From Escherichia coli (GTDB lineage Bacteria > Pseudomonadota > Gammaproteobacteria > Enterobacterales > Enterobacteriaceae), in assembly GCF_002854065.1 (NCBI RefSeq), contig NZ_CP024151.1: a DNA stretch of 64,000 bases, one strand, 5' to 3'. Positions 43,876 through 55,717 of this stretch are shown here, piece after piece. The position numbers and the translations under genes are program-made. The notes beneath the pieces were generated by a model that was not told the DNA's origin, searched no databases, and was given only the letters and a program-made list of their open reading frames with translations. Each line of letters starts with the position of its first letter. Within the stretch, counting starts at the first letter, position 1.

Positions 43876-44697
43876 TCATGACTTCCACTTTCTGAACTGT
43901 TCGGCAATCACCCATAACGCCTTGTTGATTCTTATATCACCATCAATACCTGTAATGGCTCTTGTCATGGTATTTTTCCCGGAGGCACTTCGCCCCGATA
44001 ATCCACCTTTTATCATATTCTCCTGAACCCGCTGCCAGGTCGTCCAGAGATCGTTCTGTTTATCCTCCCGACGACGGGGAGTAATTATCTGTTCAGGCGT
44101 CACTGGCGTTTTATTTTCATCTTCATACCTGACCATCAGTGCAGCTCTGCCAAATAAATGTTGCTCGTCACTGTTAAGATGAATTTCTTTCATCGCCTCC
44201 ATATTATCAGTGACCTTATCAAAGACACCGAGTACTTCATACGCTCCCTCGATAACCTGCCCGACAATATCACCTTTATGTGGAACGCGGATTTCGCCAA
44301 AATTATTTCCGCACACCAGGCCATTTGTGCAGACAAAACGAAAAATTCCGGGGATCATCTGATAACTGGATGAACCATCATGTGAATTAAGCAGGATAAT
44401 TTCAGGAACTTCCTGCCCGTTAATATGCCCTTCCCTGCGAAGACGTAACATATGTTTACTGTATTCGCGACGTCCCAAATCACGAACCCGACTCTGACAG
44501 GCAAAGAATGGCTGGAAACCTTCATCACGTAACTTATTGATGATATTGATTGTTGGAATATACGTATAACGTTCACTCCGGGACTTATGTTTATCACCGG
44601 AAAATACCGAAGGCACGAACTGCATTAATTCATCATCCGTTAAAGGACGTTCACGGCGGATGGAATTATACCGACCAAAACGGGAAGTTAATCGCAT
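43876..44697 (-). CDS. Conserved leading-region protein (DUF932-like, YubP-like)
   Basis: 273 aa from internal ATG MRLTSRFGRYNSIRRERPLTDDELMQF..., AGGAGT RBS. Confidence 0.65.
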   Translation of the reverse strand: MRLTSRFGRYNSIRRERPLTDDELMQFVPSVFSGDKHKSRSERYTYIPTINIINKLRDEGFQPFFACQSRVRDLGRREYSKHMLRLRREGHINGQEVPEIILLNSHDGSSSYQMIPGIFRFVCTNGLVCGNNFGEIRVPHKGDIVGQVIEGAYEVLGVFDKVTDNMEAMKEIHLNSDEQHLFGRAALMVRYEDENKTPVTPEQIITPRRREDKQNDLWTTWQRVQENMIKGGLSGRSASGKNTMTRAITGIDGDIRINKALWVIAEQFRKWKS

Positions 44698-44815
44698 AAC
44701 AGCTACTCCTTTATGAAAGAATAAATTTAATAAAAAATTTTTCCGCTTAATATAATCCCCCCCGATCTCCATTAACAAGATTGCAACAATCAGGAGGGGT
44801 ATTCATCACATCCGG

Positions 44816-45103
44816 TCAGCAGATCGCCCGGATATCGAGGCCGGCACGCTTAATCTGACGCAGGAACTGTTTGAAGTGATCGGCTTCCGCAATGTTGATA
44901 TGGCGGAACTGCTTATCCACACCCTGACTGAGCGCGTAGCTATAACTGAAGGCCATCTTTTCCGGGTGGCTTTTGCGATATTTTTTCAGCTCAGTCAGGC
45001 TGCTGAATTCCAGGACGTCCCACTCTTCCCCGGTGTTTTTTTTCTTCCCGGCAACAAGAAGCGTGTACGACGCGGTGTTAACGTGGATATTTCGGGTACT
45101 CAT
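44816..45103 (-). CDS. Hypothetical leading-region protein (95 aa)
   Basis: ATG preceded by AGGAGA; immediately downstream (minus strand) of repeat copy 1. Confidence 0.5.
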   Translation of the reverse strand: MSTRNIHVNTASYTLLVAGKKKNTGEEWDVLEFSSLTELKKYRKSHPEKMAFSYSYALSQGVDKQFRHINIAEADHFKQFLRQIKRAGLDIRAIC

Positions 45104-45123
45104 CCTGCTTTCTCCTCTCTCTG

Positions 45124-45765
45124 GTTTTCAGCCCCCATCATCTGTTGAGTTTCGGGAGCCGCGGTTTTGACGTTTTGCGGGGACCTGCCTTTTGTTCCCT
45201 CCGGTATTCACCATCACCTTTTTGAGAACCTTCGCCGCAAGGGGCATCACTGCCACGGCCGGAAACGACTGTCCGGGGGCAGACCGCAAAAGTTTTTGCC
45301 TGCTTTTGAGCAAAAAGTTTTGCGGGATGTGCATTTCACCCCTGGACTGGCGGAGACGGTTGTGGCTGTCTATGCCCCCGGCGACAGGGGCTTAAACAGG
45401 TGAATGGCACCGGACACAACAACGGGCAGGGACCCGCCGCAACGACGTGAAGCGCGGTTTGCGAAACGGCGTTGCCCCTTACATCCCGGCGGCCTTTTGC
45501 CGGGATGCCGGGAGCGCAGGCCACGGCGCGACAGAGGCGGCGCGACCGGAACGGTCGCTGCAAGCCCGGGGTTTTCACGCATCGGACCGTAGCGACAGCC
45601 CGAAACCGCGCCAGCGGGTTCGGCGGAGACTGGCAGGTGCGCCAGCAGCTGCCTGTCGGAGTCGGGTCTGACGACCGGATGCCGCCAGGCAGCCGGGAGC
45701 CGAAGGTGCGCCCGGCAGACAGGACAACACTGCAGTAGTCAGAATCAGAGCAGGAAGAAAAAGAG
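45124..45765 (-). repeat. GC-rich leading-region repeat, copy 1 (Frpo/ssi-like candidate)
   Basis: ~640 bp nearly identical to 50461-51093 and, over its distal ~390 bp, to 53826-54433. Confidence 0.8.
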
Positions 45766-46024
45766 AATAATCACAGGGAAGGTGATGTGATTTCTGACAG
45801 GCCATAACCAGAGAAGGCGGGGGAAAAGAACGGGCGCCGCAGGCGCGCGTTCATCCCCGTTCCTGAAGGGAAACGACCTTCCTGAAGTCAGGTTGTTCAT
45901 GCCCGTACAACATCAGCAAGGAGAAAGGGGCTACCGGCGAACCAGCAGCCCCTTTATAAAGGCGCTTCAGTAGTCAGACCAGCATCAGTCCTGAAAAGGC
46001 GGGCCTGCGCCCGCCTCCAGGTTG

Positions 46025-46183
46025 CTACTTACCGGATTCGTAAGCCATGAAAGCCGCCACCTCCCTGTGTCCGTCTCTGTAACGAATCTCGCACAGCGAT
46101 TTTCGTGTCAGATAAGTGAATATCAACAGTGTGAGACACACGATCAACACACACCAGACAAGGGAACTTCGTGGTAGTTTCAT
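46025..46183 (-). CDS. hok: Hok-family toxin (Hok/FlmA-like), intact
   Basis: [52 protein letters not shown]; 3' UTR GC-rich fold-back region follows. Confidence 0.85.
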   Translation of the reverse strand: MKLPRSSLVWCVLIVCLTLLIFTYLTRKSLCEIRYRDGHREVAAFMAYESGK

Positions 46184-46241
46184 GGCCTTCTTCTCCTTGC
46201 GCAAAGCGCGGTAAGAGGCTATCCTGATGTGGACTAGACAT
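46029..46241 (-). CDS. mok: Mok/FlmC-like overlapping reading frame
   Basis: 70-codon ORF overlapping hok in the +1 frame. Confidence 0.6.
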   Translation of the reverse strand: MSSPHQDSLLPRFAQGEEGHETTTKFPCLVCVDRVSHTVDIHLSDTKIAVRDSLQRRTQGGGGFHGLRIR

Positions 46242-46462
46242 AGGGATGCCTCGTGGTGGTTAATGAAAATTAACTTACTACGGGGCTATCTTCTTTCTGT
46301 CACACAACACGGCAACAAACCACCTTCACGTCATGAGGCAGAAAGCCTCAAGCGCCGGGCACATCATAGCCCATATACCTGCACGCTGACCACACTCACT
46401 TTCCCTGAAAATAATCCGCTCATTCAGACCGTTCACGGGAAATCCGTGTGATTGTTGCCGCA

Positions 46463-47182
46463 TCACGCCGCCTCCCGGAGTTTGTTCGGCACCATCCATC
46501 GCTCCATCTCACGGACGGCATGACCGGCCTCCCTTGCCGCCATACCAGCCTCTGCGATGACCTGCCAGAATGGCATATCCTGCCACTGCCAGCGTTCCAT
46601 TCCGGCCAGTGACGGAAAACGCTCGCCCCACTGCCAGAACAGGGTTTCCAGGTCATGCTCTGCCACCCGGTCACTCCAGCGTGCATGCCAGCTTCCGACT
46701 GTTTCCGGTGAATGAAATGCCAGTTCGATTTCAGCCTGAGCGACCAGCGCCTGGTACGCACGGGCTTTCTGCTCTGTCTCCCTCGCCTGCTGGCGGCTGT
46801 ACTTCTGCATGACCAGCGCGGATTTATGGCGACTGCGTTCCCTGACACGAAACCGCACCGACGGGAACAAGCGCTCTGCTGCATCACCGGGAAGGGGAAG
46901 GAGGCAGACCTCGCCCTGTGTTTCAATCAGCACATCGATGGCATACAGCCACTGAAGACGGTTGCCGTGCAGTTCTTCTGCGGTCAGGGACGGCATGAAA
47001 AATCGCAGGTCAGACAGCGATATCCTGCGGCTTCCGTTCAGACAGCGGAAAAACGCCCCCGCATACGGATATTCAGCCAGCGTGTTACCCTGATGGCGGC
47101 GTTTTTCGGTCTCCGCCACCGCCCGCCATGCGGCCTGTTGCTCTGTGCTGAGAGGAACCAGTGCCTGTGAACGTGCGCTCAT
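46463..47182 (-). CDS. psiA: PsiA (plasmid SOS inhibition operon protein A)
   Basis: 239 aa [50 protein letters not shown]... Confidence 0.9.
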   Translation of the reverse strand: MSARSQALVPLSTEQQAAWRAVAETEKRRHQGNTLAEYPYAGAFFRCLNGSRRISLSDLRFFMPSLTAEELHGNRLQWLYAIDVLIETQGEVCLLPLPGDAAERLFPSVRFRVRERSRHKSALVMQKYSRQQARETEQKARAYQALVAQAEIELAFHSPETVGSWHARWSDRVAEHDLETLFWQWGERFPSLAGMERWQWQDMPFWQVIAEAGMAAREAGHAVREMERWMVPNKLREAA

Positions 47183-47613
47183 GCCTGACCTCCTTCCGCC
47201 ATCAGGATATGGATGATGTCGTTAACGCTGTATCCCTGCGTATCCAGTGACGCCGCCAGTGCCAGTGAATGGCTGACGGCTTCCGGTGCAAACCGCCGCT
47301 GTACCTGAACCACCGCAAACGGCTCACCACCGGCATTCACCAGAACCAGCACCCAGACCTGGGAGACATCGCCCGGTGAACATAACGCCAGGTGAAAACG
47401 TTCGTGGGCAGGCGTGAAACGGACCTGGACGGGGAAAAAGCCGCCAAACTCGCTGCCGTACTCGCCGTTCATCGTCCAGTTGTCCGGCGCATCCAGCTCC
47501 CGCATCACGGCGTGTGTCAGCTCACGGCGTGCATCACTTCCGGCAGCCCGGATATCTTCATATTCCTGTGCGTTCATGGTATGTAATACATTCAGAGTCA
47601 GTTCAGTTTTCAT
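47179..47613 (-). CDS. psiB: PsiB (anti-SOS, RecA inhibitor)
   Basis: [46 protein letters not shown]...; stop overlaps psiA start. Confidence 0.95.
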   Translation of the reverse strand: MKTELTLNVLHTMNAQEYEDIRAAGSDARRELTHAVMRELDAPDNWTMNGEYGSEFGGFFPVQVRFTPAHERFHLALCSPGDVSQVWVLVLVNAGGEPFAVVQVQRRFAPEAVSHSLALAASLDTQGYSVNDIIHILMAEGGQA

Positions 47614-47667
47614 CACGGTATCTCCCTTGCTGCCGCCCCGTCTCCGGCGGGGCGGTGTGGTTGTTCA

Positions 47668-49626
47668 TCAGGCGGCATCAGCCAGGTTATCGGTGCGTTC
47701 AGTGGCATCCGTCTGTGGGCGTGGTGCACACATCCAGCCAGGCACCCAGCGGTTGTCTTTCATATGGTGCTCTGCATGTTCAGCCGCATCGCCTTTCTTC
47801 ATCTTCTCCGCGTCCCGTGCGGCACCGGATAGTCCTGCCTCATTCAGGGCTGCGATAATCTGCGGCTTTTTCAGGTGTCCGAAAAAGTTTGCTTTCGTCG
47901 GCTGCCACCAGTCGCGCATGTGAAAGCCGATGGCGCTCTCCAGCGTGTCCAGCGGACTGCGTGACGTGTGACCATACTCACGGGTCTGGACACCGTGGAT
48001 ACTGCACGCGGTGCAGAAACTGAGCAGTGATAACAGCACCTCCTGACTGAGTGACAGGAACGTCGTCATATCCCGTGCCCATCCATCCGGCAGCAGGGCG
48101 GCAAGACGGGCTTTTTCTGCCATCATCGTCATGAATGCGGCACCTTCCTTCCCTGACGGCGCATCGCTGGTCAGCGAATAATGCTCACATTCCAGGCGGA
48201 TTCTGGCGGGATTGCTGTAAGCTCCGCTGCCAAATACATTCAGACAGAGTGTCCATGCCAGAAGTGCCAGGGATTTGTCCGGCTGCTGCATCAGTGCTGC
48301 CTGGACTGCCAGCGTGCGCTCTGAGGACATTTTCGTCAGCAGTGGCAGACTGATTTCCTCCACGGAGGCTTTCTCCTGCACCTGTTCCGTGTGGTCAGCG
48401 TCGTCAGCCACATCATCCTCACTGCGTAACTGCACACCACGCTGGACACATACGTTTCCATAACGCCAGGACACCACCACGCCACTTCCGGCACGCATCT
48501 CCGGCGTCCACGCCCTGACCTTCGCCATGCAGTCAATCAGCTTCATTTCTGCTTCCAGCAGGTCGGATTCCTCACACTGGTTTTCCAGCGCATCGTAACG
48601 TGCCATCAGTTTGTTCAGGCGTTCTTCTTCTGCCTCCGTCAGCACCGCTTCCGGCTCCGGCAGACTGCGGTATGTTCCGGCATCCTCACGGCACTCACCA
48701 ACGGCCTCCATGCGTCCGGCACACCATCCCCAGCCCTCGGCTTCCCGAAGGTGTTCAGCAACAGCCTGGAGTTTTTCCAGCAGGGCAGCATCGAGCGCAA
48801 CACAGTCCACATAGCCACCCTCGTCGTCGCTGAACAAATCGGTGCGCAGTTCATCTGGCGAGAAGGCATCAGCCCCCACAAAGCGGAATTTAGTGTTCCC
48901 CGCCACCGCCACTTCACTTTCGGTCACCAGACGACGAATGGTCTGTACTTCCGGTTTTCCGCCCCATCCCGACTGACAGGCAGCTTCAAACACCTGCACC
49001 TGACGCGCGGTGTCGTTCTCCAGCGCCAGCGCCTGACAGTGCTCTGTGGTGATGCGGTCTTCTGCCAGCGCATCGAGGATGACAGGCGCAAGGTCTGCCA
49101 GTTTCAGCATTCGCTGAACGTGGCGGGGTGAATAGCCCAGCAAATCACCGATTTGTGCAGGCGTTTTGCCTTCCTGCGCCATTGCACGGAATCCGGCAAT
49201 CTGTTCGGCAGGGTGCATATCCCGACGATGACCGTTTTCAGTCATTGATGCGGCAGTCGCCAGTTCCTGCGGAATAACCTTCACGCGGACAGGCCAGTCA
49301 GCCGGAAGGATGTTGCGCTCTGCCAGCATGTTGAGTGCTGCCAGTCGGCGACCGCCTGCGGCGACACCGTAACGGTCACCTGGCAGGGCATGAACAACCA
49401 GATTCTGCAGCAGGCCGACGCCCTTAATGGACTCTGCCAGTTCGCTGACAGACTCCGCAGAATACGGCACCGTGCGCACATTCAGCGGTGACTTAATCAG
49501 CGAGGCCAGCGGCACGCTCACTTCAGCCGTCTCCGCCAGCAGGGCCGACAGGACTGTTTCCTGCGTTTTTGCAGGTTTACGGCTGGATTTACGCTCCGTT
49601 TTTACCTTAGACTCTGTAACTGACAT
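47668..49626 (-). CDS. ParB-like nuclease domain protein (652 aa leading-region protein)
   Basis: N-terminal ParB/Srx-like segment LVVHALPGDRYGVAAGGRRLAALNML; start at internal ATG preceded by AAGGAG. Confidence 0.8.
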   Translation of the reverse strand: MSVTESKVKTERKSSRKPAKTQETVLSALLAETAEVSVPLASLIKSPLNVRTVPYSAESVSELAESIKGVGLLQNLVVHALPGDRYGVAAGGRRLAALNMLAERNILPADWPVRVKVIPQELATAASMTENGHRRDMHPAEQIAGFRAMAQEGKTPAQIGDLLGYSPRHVQRMLKLADLAPVILDALAEDRITTEHCQALALENDTARQVQVFEAACQSGWGGKPEVQTIRRLVTESEVAVAGNTKFRFVGADAFSPDELRTDLFSDDEGGYVDCVALDAALLEKLQAVAEHLREAEGWGWCAGRMEAVGECREDAGTYRSLPEPEAVLTEAEEERLNKLMARYDALENQCEESDLLEAEMKLIDCMAKVRAWTPEMRAGSGVVVSWRYGNVCVQRGVQLRSEDDVADDADHTEQVQEKASVEEISLPLLTKMSSERTLAVQAALMQQPDKSLALLAWTLCLNVFGSGAYSNPARIRLECEHYSLTSDAPSGKEGAAFMTMMAEKARLAALLPDGWARDMTTFLSLSQEVLLSLLSFCTACSIHGVQTREYGHTSRSPLDTLESAIGFHMRDWWQPTKANFFGHLKKPQIIAALNEAGLSGAARDAEKMKKGDAAEHAEHHMKDNRWVPGWMCAPRPQTDATERTDNLADAA

Positions 49627-49690
49627 ATATTTCTCCTTTGACCGGGGTGGTTGTATGTCTGCCGGACGTGATCCCCGTCCGGCACCTCTC

Positions 49691-50438
<748 letters not shown>

Positions 50439-50460
50439 GATGTGCCTCCTTCTGTTGATG

Positions 50461-51093
50461 TTTTCAGCCCCCATCATCTTTTGAGTTTCGGGAGCCGCGG
50501 TTTTGACGTTTTGCGGGGACCTGCCTTTTGTTCCCTCCGGTATTCACCATCACCTTTTTGAGAACCTTCGCCGCAAGGGGCATCACTGCCACGGACGGAA
50601 ACGACTGTCCGGGGGCAGACCGCAAAAGTTTTTGCCTGCTTTTGGGCAAAAAGTTTTGCGGGATGTACATTTCACCCCTGGACTGGCGGAGACGGTTGTG
50701 GCTGTCTTTGCCCCCGGCGACAGGGGCTTAAACAGGTGAATGGCACCGGACAGAACAACGGGCAGGGACCCGCCGCAACGACGTGAAGCGCGGTTTGCGA
50801 AACGGCGTTGCCCCTTACATCCCGGCGGTCTTTTGCCGGGATGCCAGGAGCGCAGGCCACGGCGCGACAGAGGCGGCGCGACCGGAACGGTCGCTGCAAG
50901 CCAGGGGTTTTCACGCATCGGACCGTAGCGACAGCCCGAAACCGCGCCAGCGGGTTCGGCGGAGACTGGCAGGTGCGCCAGCAGCTGCCTGTCGGAGTCG
51001 GGCCTGACGACCGGATGCCGCCAGGCAGCCGGGAGCCGAAGGTGCGCCCGGCAGACAGGACAACACTGCAGTAGTCAGAATCAGAGCAGCAGG
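50461..51093 (-). repeat. GC-rich leading-region repeat, copy 2 (immediately upstream of ssb)
   Basis: Nearly identical to copy 1 with a few substitutions. Confidence 0.8.
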
Positions 51094-51104
51094 AAAAAGA
51101 AGAA

Positions 51105-51152
51105 CAGTAGCAGTAGCAGTAGCAGTAGCAGTAGCAGTAGCAGTAGCAGTAG
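51105..51152. repeat. Hexanucleotide tandem repeat (CAGTAG)8
   Basis: Eight perfect CAGTAG units adjacent to repeat copy 2. Confidence 0.9.
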
Positions 51153-51330
51153 CAGGAACAACAACATCAGTAACAGACAAATGACAGGCATGAAGAAACA
51201 GAAGCCCCCATCAGAACGTCCGCGTAATGAAAGGGGCGGCGCGTGAGCGCGGCCCCTTTCAGCACCACCGGCGCGCGTTTTTTCCCGGCGCGGGCAGACA
51301 GGCATTTATCCTCCCGCCGGCCCTGTGTCA

Positions 51331-51894
51331 TCAGGCACGCAGACGAATAATCATCGTCGGGACATCGGTATAAGCAAACGTGCCGCGCGGCAGCTCCTCG
51401 CGGACGTCAGAAAACGGTAACAGCTTCTCCTGCTGGCGTGGTCCGTTGAGACAGACGGCGACCAGCACGCCACCCGGACGCAACAGGGAAAAGGCCCGCA
51501 GGATATGCCGGATATCCTGCCCGTGGCTGAACGGCGGATTCATGATAACCCGGCTGTAATACTGCACCGGCTGCCATTCCATGAAGTCGCCACACTGAAC
51601 CCTGACACCGTTAAAATTTTCCCGCAGATACCGGACCAGCCCGCTGTTGATTTCCACCGCATCACACATGGCCCCCGGCGCGGTATCCCGAATCGCCCGC
51701 AGTATGGCCCCGGTGCCGGCAGAGGGTTCCAGAATGTGATCACGGTTGCTGATCTCCGCCAGCATCACCAGGCGATCACAGACCGGGGCAGGAGTCACAA
51801 AAAGCTGAGATTCAGCCCGGATTTCAGCAACCGGCGCGGCGTTATCCAGCCTTGCGCGCATCAGCCGGATACGTTCTCTTAACTGACTGTGCAT
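51331..51894 (-). CDS. SAM-dependent methyltransferase (putative N6-adenine class, NPPF motif)
   Basis: 187 aa with SAM-binding motif EPSAGTGAIL followed by IMNPPF. Confidence 0.65.
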   Translation of the reverse strand: MHSQLRERIRLMRARLDNAAPVAEIRAESQLFVTPAPVCDRLVMLAEISNRDHILEPSAGTGAILRAIRDTAPGAMCDAVEINSGLVRYLRENFNGVRVQCGDFMEWQPVQYYSRVIMNPPFSHGQDIRHILRAFSLLRPGGVLVAVCLNGPRQQEKLLPFSDVREELPRGTFAYTDVPTMIIRLRA

Positions 51895-51941
51895 ATCATT
51901 ATCTCCGTCATCCCCCGGGGATTTTCCCGGGGGGATATACC

Positions 51942-53303
51942 TTATTTCTGTGGGATTTCCGTGATTTTCATGTCGGAGATATACACATTCACCAGGCGGA
52001 AATTATTGTCCATTGTGCGGCGGTACCGGTATGCCCCGTGGTCTTCTGCTTCTGCCACACTGCGCACGGCCTTACAGTCCCGGGGCAGGGCGGCCCACTG
52101 TGCCTTTGTCATTTCCCGGAAACCTTCCCCCGGATAGTTGACTACCGGCGGACGCTTCGCGGCCTGACTGGCGACGGCAGCCTCTTCTGCCGATGGTGCT
52201 TTGTAGTCCGTGATGCGATCGGGCGTCACTTTCATCGTGCCGCTGTACCCGAGAAAACTGTAATTTGGCGTTGTGACTGAACTCACCGCCCCGTTGCTTT
52301 TGTTCACACGGATGATGGTCAGCCACTCGCCCCGGCTGAAAACCTGTCCGCCCGGCTCAAAATCCTGTGTCCGGGTAACCACGCCGCCGCTTTCGTCCAG
52401 CATGGCACGCTCATAGATCAGGCGGTTCTGATAGTGGTTAACCCAGCGTTGTTGATGCTGAATCTGCCGTTCATGACAGCGGATCGCAATTTCGCGGGCC
52501 TGCTCCGTGGTGATGATGTCATCATCCAGGGCCGACCATAACGATCGACTTCCTTCATACTGGCTTTTTTCTGCCGGGCGCGGATACGTATCCAGCGGGA
52601 AACAGGCGCTGATATGGTCATGACTGCTGATGAGTTTTGCCATATTCAGATCCAGCGATTCAGCCCGCCACATCGTCAGATATTTCTGCGACTGCGCGAT
52701 GGTCTTTTCAGCCTTGCGCAAATCAGCTTCGATTTTTTTGATACGACGCCAGCGAACGTCCGGACGTTCTTTATACTTCGCGTGAAGCAGTGCCGACCGC
52801 GCCCGCTCTTCCCAGTATTCCGCACGTTCAAAGAGCATCACGGCTCGTTTCATGCCGTTTTCAATACGCTGCGCATCACGACGGGCGCGGCGTTCGCTGT
52901 GATGCCCCACAAGAATGGGCTGACCGGGCGGGATCATCGCGGCCAGTCTTTCCACTTCATCAAGTGCCTGTGCGGATTCACTGGCCCGCTTTCCGCTGTA
53001 TCCGGTAAACCGCTCCGCCCGTGCTTCCTGACGTTCAGCGAGCGTGCTGTCTTCATCCTCAATCTCTCCGGCAAGTGAGAGGAGCACGTCTTCCCGGCCC
53101 GGTGTCCAGGCTGGCGCGACAAACAGCGCCTGTTTGGGTGCCCAGCGAAAACCGGCATCATGCACTTTTTTATACGTCTCCGGGTCGAGGCGTGACGCGG
53201 CATACAGGCGCAGTTTGTTGTCATCCGGTGAGTAGGTCGCGCGGTACATCTGCACAGGGCTGGCGGCTTCCGGGGCGGTCATGGTGATTGCTGCTAATGT
53301 CAT
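51942..53303 (-). CDS. Conserved leading-region protein of unknown function (453 aa, DUF3560-like)
   Basis: ATG preceded by AAGGAGA; charged helical central region, no recognisable catalytic motif. Confidence 0.5.
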   Translation of the reverse strand: MTLAAITMTAPEAASPVQMYRATYSPDDNKLRLYAASRLDPETYKKVHDAGFRWAPKQALFVAPAWTPGREDVLLSLAGEIEDEDSTLAERQEARAERFTGYSGKRASESAQALDEVERLAAMIPPGQPILVGHHSERRARRDAQRIENGMKRAVMLFERAEYWEERARSALLHAKYKERPDVRWRRIKKIEADLRKAEKTIAQSQKYLTMWRAESLDLNMAKLISSHDHISACFPLDTYPRPAEKSQYEGSRSLWSALDDDIITTEQAREIAIRCHERQIQHQQRWVNHYQNRLIYERAMLDESGGVVTRTQDFEPGGQVFSRGEWLTIIRVNKSNGAVSSVTTPNYSFLGYSGTMKVTPDRITDYKAPSAEEAAVASQAAKRPPVVNYPGEGFREMTKAQWAALPRDCKAVRSVAEAEDHGAYRYRRTMDNNFRLVNVYISDMKITEIPQK

Positions 53304-53354
53304 AAAATGTTCTCCTTCCGTCTGTTGCCGCCCCTCGCGGGGCGGCTCACCTCA

Positions 53355-53585
53355 TCAGTTAAAAGCGCGTTTCAGTTCGAGTGTGCGGAGCACCTGCCCG
53401 AAGGCCGTGTTTTTCATGGCGGGGATGTGTACACCACGCCCCCGGTGAAAACTCCGGGCAATGTGTCGCCCGAAGGCTTTCAGCACGGGGTCAATTTCCG
53501 GCGCGGGGATGTCTTCGCGTCTGAAACGGGGATGACGGCGGGGCTTTACAGCCGCTGCGGAAGGTGAAACAATACTTACTGTCAT
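53355..53585 (-). CDS. Hypothetical small basic protein (76 aa)
   Basis: ATG with AAGGAG RBS, downstream of repeat copy 3. Confidence 0.45.
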   Translation of the reverse strand: MTVSIVSPSAAAVKPRRHPRFRREDIPAPEIDPVLKAFGRHIARSFHRGRGVHIPAMKNTAFGQVLRTLELKRAFN

Positions 53586-53825
53586 AAATGAAACTCCTTA
53601 TGACAAATTGGTTAACAATGCCGTCAAAATTGGTTGTGCAATTCTTACGGCGTGGATTAAGCAGGTCCCTGACCTGCTTTTTTCATATCTGCGTCTGACG
53701 TTCTACGGTGTTTTCCTCCTTCTGTTCCTGCGTTCTCATTACCTGCCAGCCGGATGACTGACAGAACAAATAAATGCATATTGCCGGAGCCTGAAATAAA
53801 TCCTGATTTTTAAAGAACATCACCC

Positions 53826-54433
53826 GTTGAGTTTCGGGAGCCGCGGTTTTGACGTTTCGCGGGAACCTGCTGCTGTATTCCCTGTGGTATGAACTTCACC
53901 CGTTTGAGAACCTTCGCCGCAAGGGGCATCACTGCCACGGCCTGACGCACCTGTCCTGGGCAGAACGCAAAATTTTTTACCGGGTTTTGGGTAAAAAATT
54001 TTGTGGGCTGTTCATTTACCCTGGACAGTCAGTGCGGCAGGTTGTGGCTGTATCAGCCCCCGGCGACAGGGACTCATACGGGTGTGTGGCACCGGCAGGC
54101 AATGAGCAGGGACCCGCCGCAACGACGGAGAGCGCGTGCGCGAAACGGCGTTGCCCCTTACATCCCGGCGGCCTTTTGCCGGGATGCCGGGAGCGCAGGC
54201 CACGGCGCGACAAGGGTGGCGCGACCGGAACGGTCGCTGCAAGCCCGGGGTTTTCACGCATCGGACCGTAGCGACAGCCCGAAACCGCGCCAGCGGGTTC
54301 GGCGGAGACTGGCGGGTGCGCCAGCAGCTGCCTGTCGGAGTCGGGCCTGACGACCGGATGCCGCCAGGCAGCCGGGAGCCGAAGGTGCGCCCGGCAGACA
54401 GAACAACACTGCAGTAGTCAGAATCAGAGCAGC
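53826..54433 (-). repeat. GC-rich leading-region repeat, copy 3 (diverged in proximal third)
   Basis: Distal ~390 bp closely match copies 1 and 2; first ~220 bp diverge after the shared GTTGAGTTTCGGGAGCCGCGGTTTTGACGTTT. Confidence 0.75.
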
Positions 54434-54622
54434 AGATAAAGGAACAACAACATCAGGAACAGTTCCATAACATAAGAAAGAAACACTCCTGAGTCAGACA
54501 CATCACAGACGGGAAGGGTAACGGGCGACGCGCCAGCGTGGCCCGCTTCCCTTCCGGCAGGCGTCAGCCTGCCAGGGGTTTTCGCGCGGACTGACAGGCG
54601 GCCTCCACCGCCTGCCCCTGTA

Positions 54623-54814
54623 TCACCTGTTTCTGCTACCCTGTAAGATGTAGTGACCGCCCAGGAAAACCGCCTGCTGATTCGCCACAAAATCGCAGAT
54701 TTCATCAACAATCTGCGCGGTGGTGAGCGGTTTCTGCCCCATTTCACGACGCCGCGCATTAATCACGGCCCTGTAATTACGCAGAATTTCGCGGGTTTCT
54801 GTGCTGATATTCAT
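54623..54814 (-). CDS. Hypothetical small protein (63 aa)
   Basis: ATG overlapping the stop of the upstream 144 aa gene (ATGA), suggesting coupling. Confidence 0.45.
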   Translation of the reverse strand: MNISTETREILRNYRAVINARRREMGQKPLTTAQIVDEICDFVANQQAVFLGGHYILQGSRNR

Positions 54815-55245
54815 GACATCGTCTCCCCGTCCAGCGCCTGTAACACAACGTCCATTGCTTCGCGTTCCTCCCTGACGAATGCGTCACCGTCGCCCCCGTT
54901 CTCACTCCCGACGGCATACAGGCGCTTCATTTCACTGCCTGCCAGCGCCATCACTTTTTCCAGCATCACCGCCGGGACTGTCACCTGACGGCTGGCGCGC
55001 TTTTCTTCCATCAGTTCATGAACAACGCCGTGAACAACGCCGTGAACAACGCTGACATCCGCACCATATTCAAAGGCATCGTCCAGCCGCTGCATGACGG
55101 TTTCCAGCTCATCGTCTGTCAGACTCCAGTCCTGGGCTATGTGACGCACATCCCCACGGGTCAGCACCACGGCAAAAACGCATTCACTGTCCGGCACGTC
55201 TGTATCCAGCACTTCGCGGATAATTTCTTTAACAGTACAGTACAT
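54811..55245 (-). CDS. Conserved leading-region protein, paralog B (144 aa, DUF1380-like)
   Basis: AAGGAGA RBS; shares N-terminal MY-T-E--RE, S/LTD-E--TV and RQVTVPA segments with the 56961-57395 ORF. Confidence 0.55.
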   Translation of the reverse strand: MYCTVKEIIREVLDTDVPDSECVFAVVLTRGDVRHIAQDWSLTDDELETVMQRLDDAFEYGADVSVVHGVVHGVVHELMEEKRASRQVTVPAVMLEKVMALAGSEMKRLYAVGSENGGDGDAFVREEREAMDVVLQALDGETMS

Positions 55246-55291
55246 GTTCTCGTCTCCTTTACAGGGGCGGCATTGCCGCCCCGTCCGTTAA

Positions 55292-55717
55292 TCAGTCCAG
55301 AGCCGCGTAAATCGCGTTGCATTCGGGGTGAAATTCGATGTGACGCCACAACTGCGCATCGCGCATCCGGTAAAGCTGGGTCAGTCCTGCATCCCCGCTG
55401 TCGTGGTACAGCCACAACTGGCGGTTAATCACAAGGGAGGTCAGGATGATGCCTGCGGCATCAGCACTCACGGTACGGTCAAACCAGTTTGCACCGTTCA
55501 CCATGTGGAAACGGTCGCCATCCGGCATCATGTAACCGCCACCGTCCGGCAGGCGGATGAAGTGCCAGAAGCCTCCCTGATATTCCGGCATCATTTTTTG
55601 CGCCAGCGCGTACACATACGCCTCGGCATACAGAAAATCGTTGCCAAACAGATACGGCAGAAAGGAGAGACGGTCGCACTCTTCAACATTCAGAGTGACA
55701 GGTTTCGCATATTGCAT
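55292..55717 (-). CDS. klcA: Antirestriction protein, KlcA/ArdB family
   Basis: 141 aa; [18 protein letters not shown] and NAIYAALD segments parallel KlcA of IncP; GGAGGA RBS. Confidence 0.85.
   Translation of the reverse strand: MQYAKPVTLNVEECDRLSFLPYLFGNDFLYAEAYVYALAQKMMPEYQGGFWHFIRLPDGGGYMMPDGDRFHMVNGANWFDRTVSADAAGIILTSLVINRQLWLYHDSGDAGLTQLYRMRDAQLWRHIEFHPECNAIYAALD

Noticed and set aside
45128-45805. Numerous 60-90 aa ORFs on both strands inside the three GC-rich repeats (also 50464-51180 and 53849-54417)
   Set aside because: They overlap one another in several frames within high-GC repeated DNA and have no ribosome-binding sites; most likely non-coding.
46025-46241. Apparent frameshift in the leading-region hok gene
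   Set aside because: It came from my own misreading of one base; on re-reading the sequence hok is an intact 52-codon ORF with mok overlapping in the +1 frame.
51105-51152. Possible CRISPR array suggested by regular repeats
   Set aside because: It is a 6 bp microsatellite with no spacers; no cas genes are present.
51081-51305. 74 aa poly-leucine ORF across the CAGTAG repeat
   Set aside because: Composition is an artefact of translating the simple repeat in another frame.
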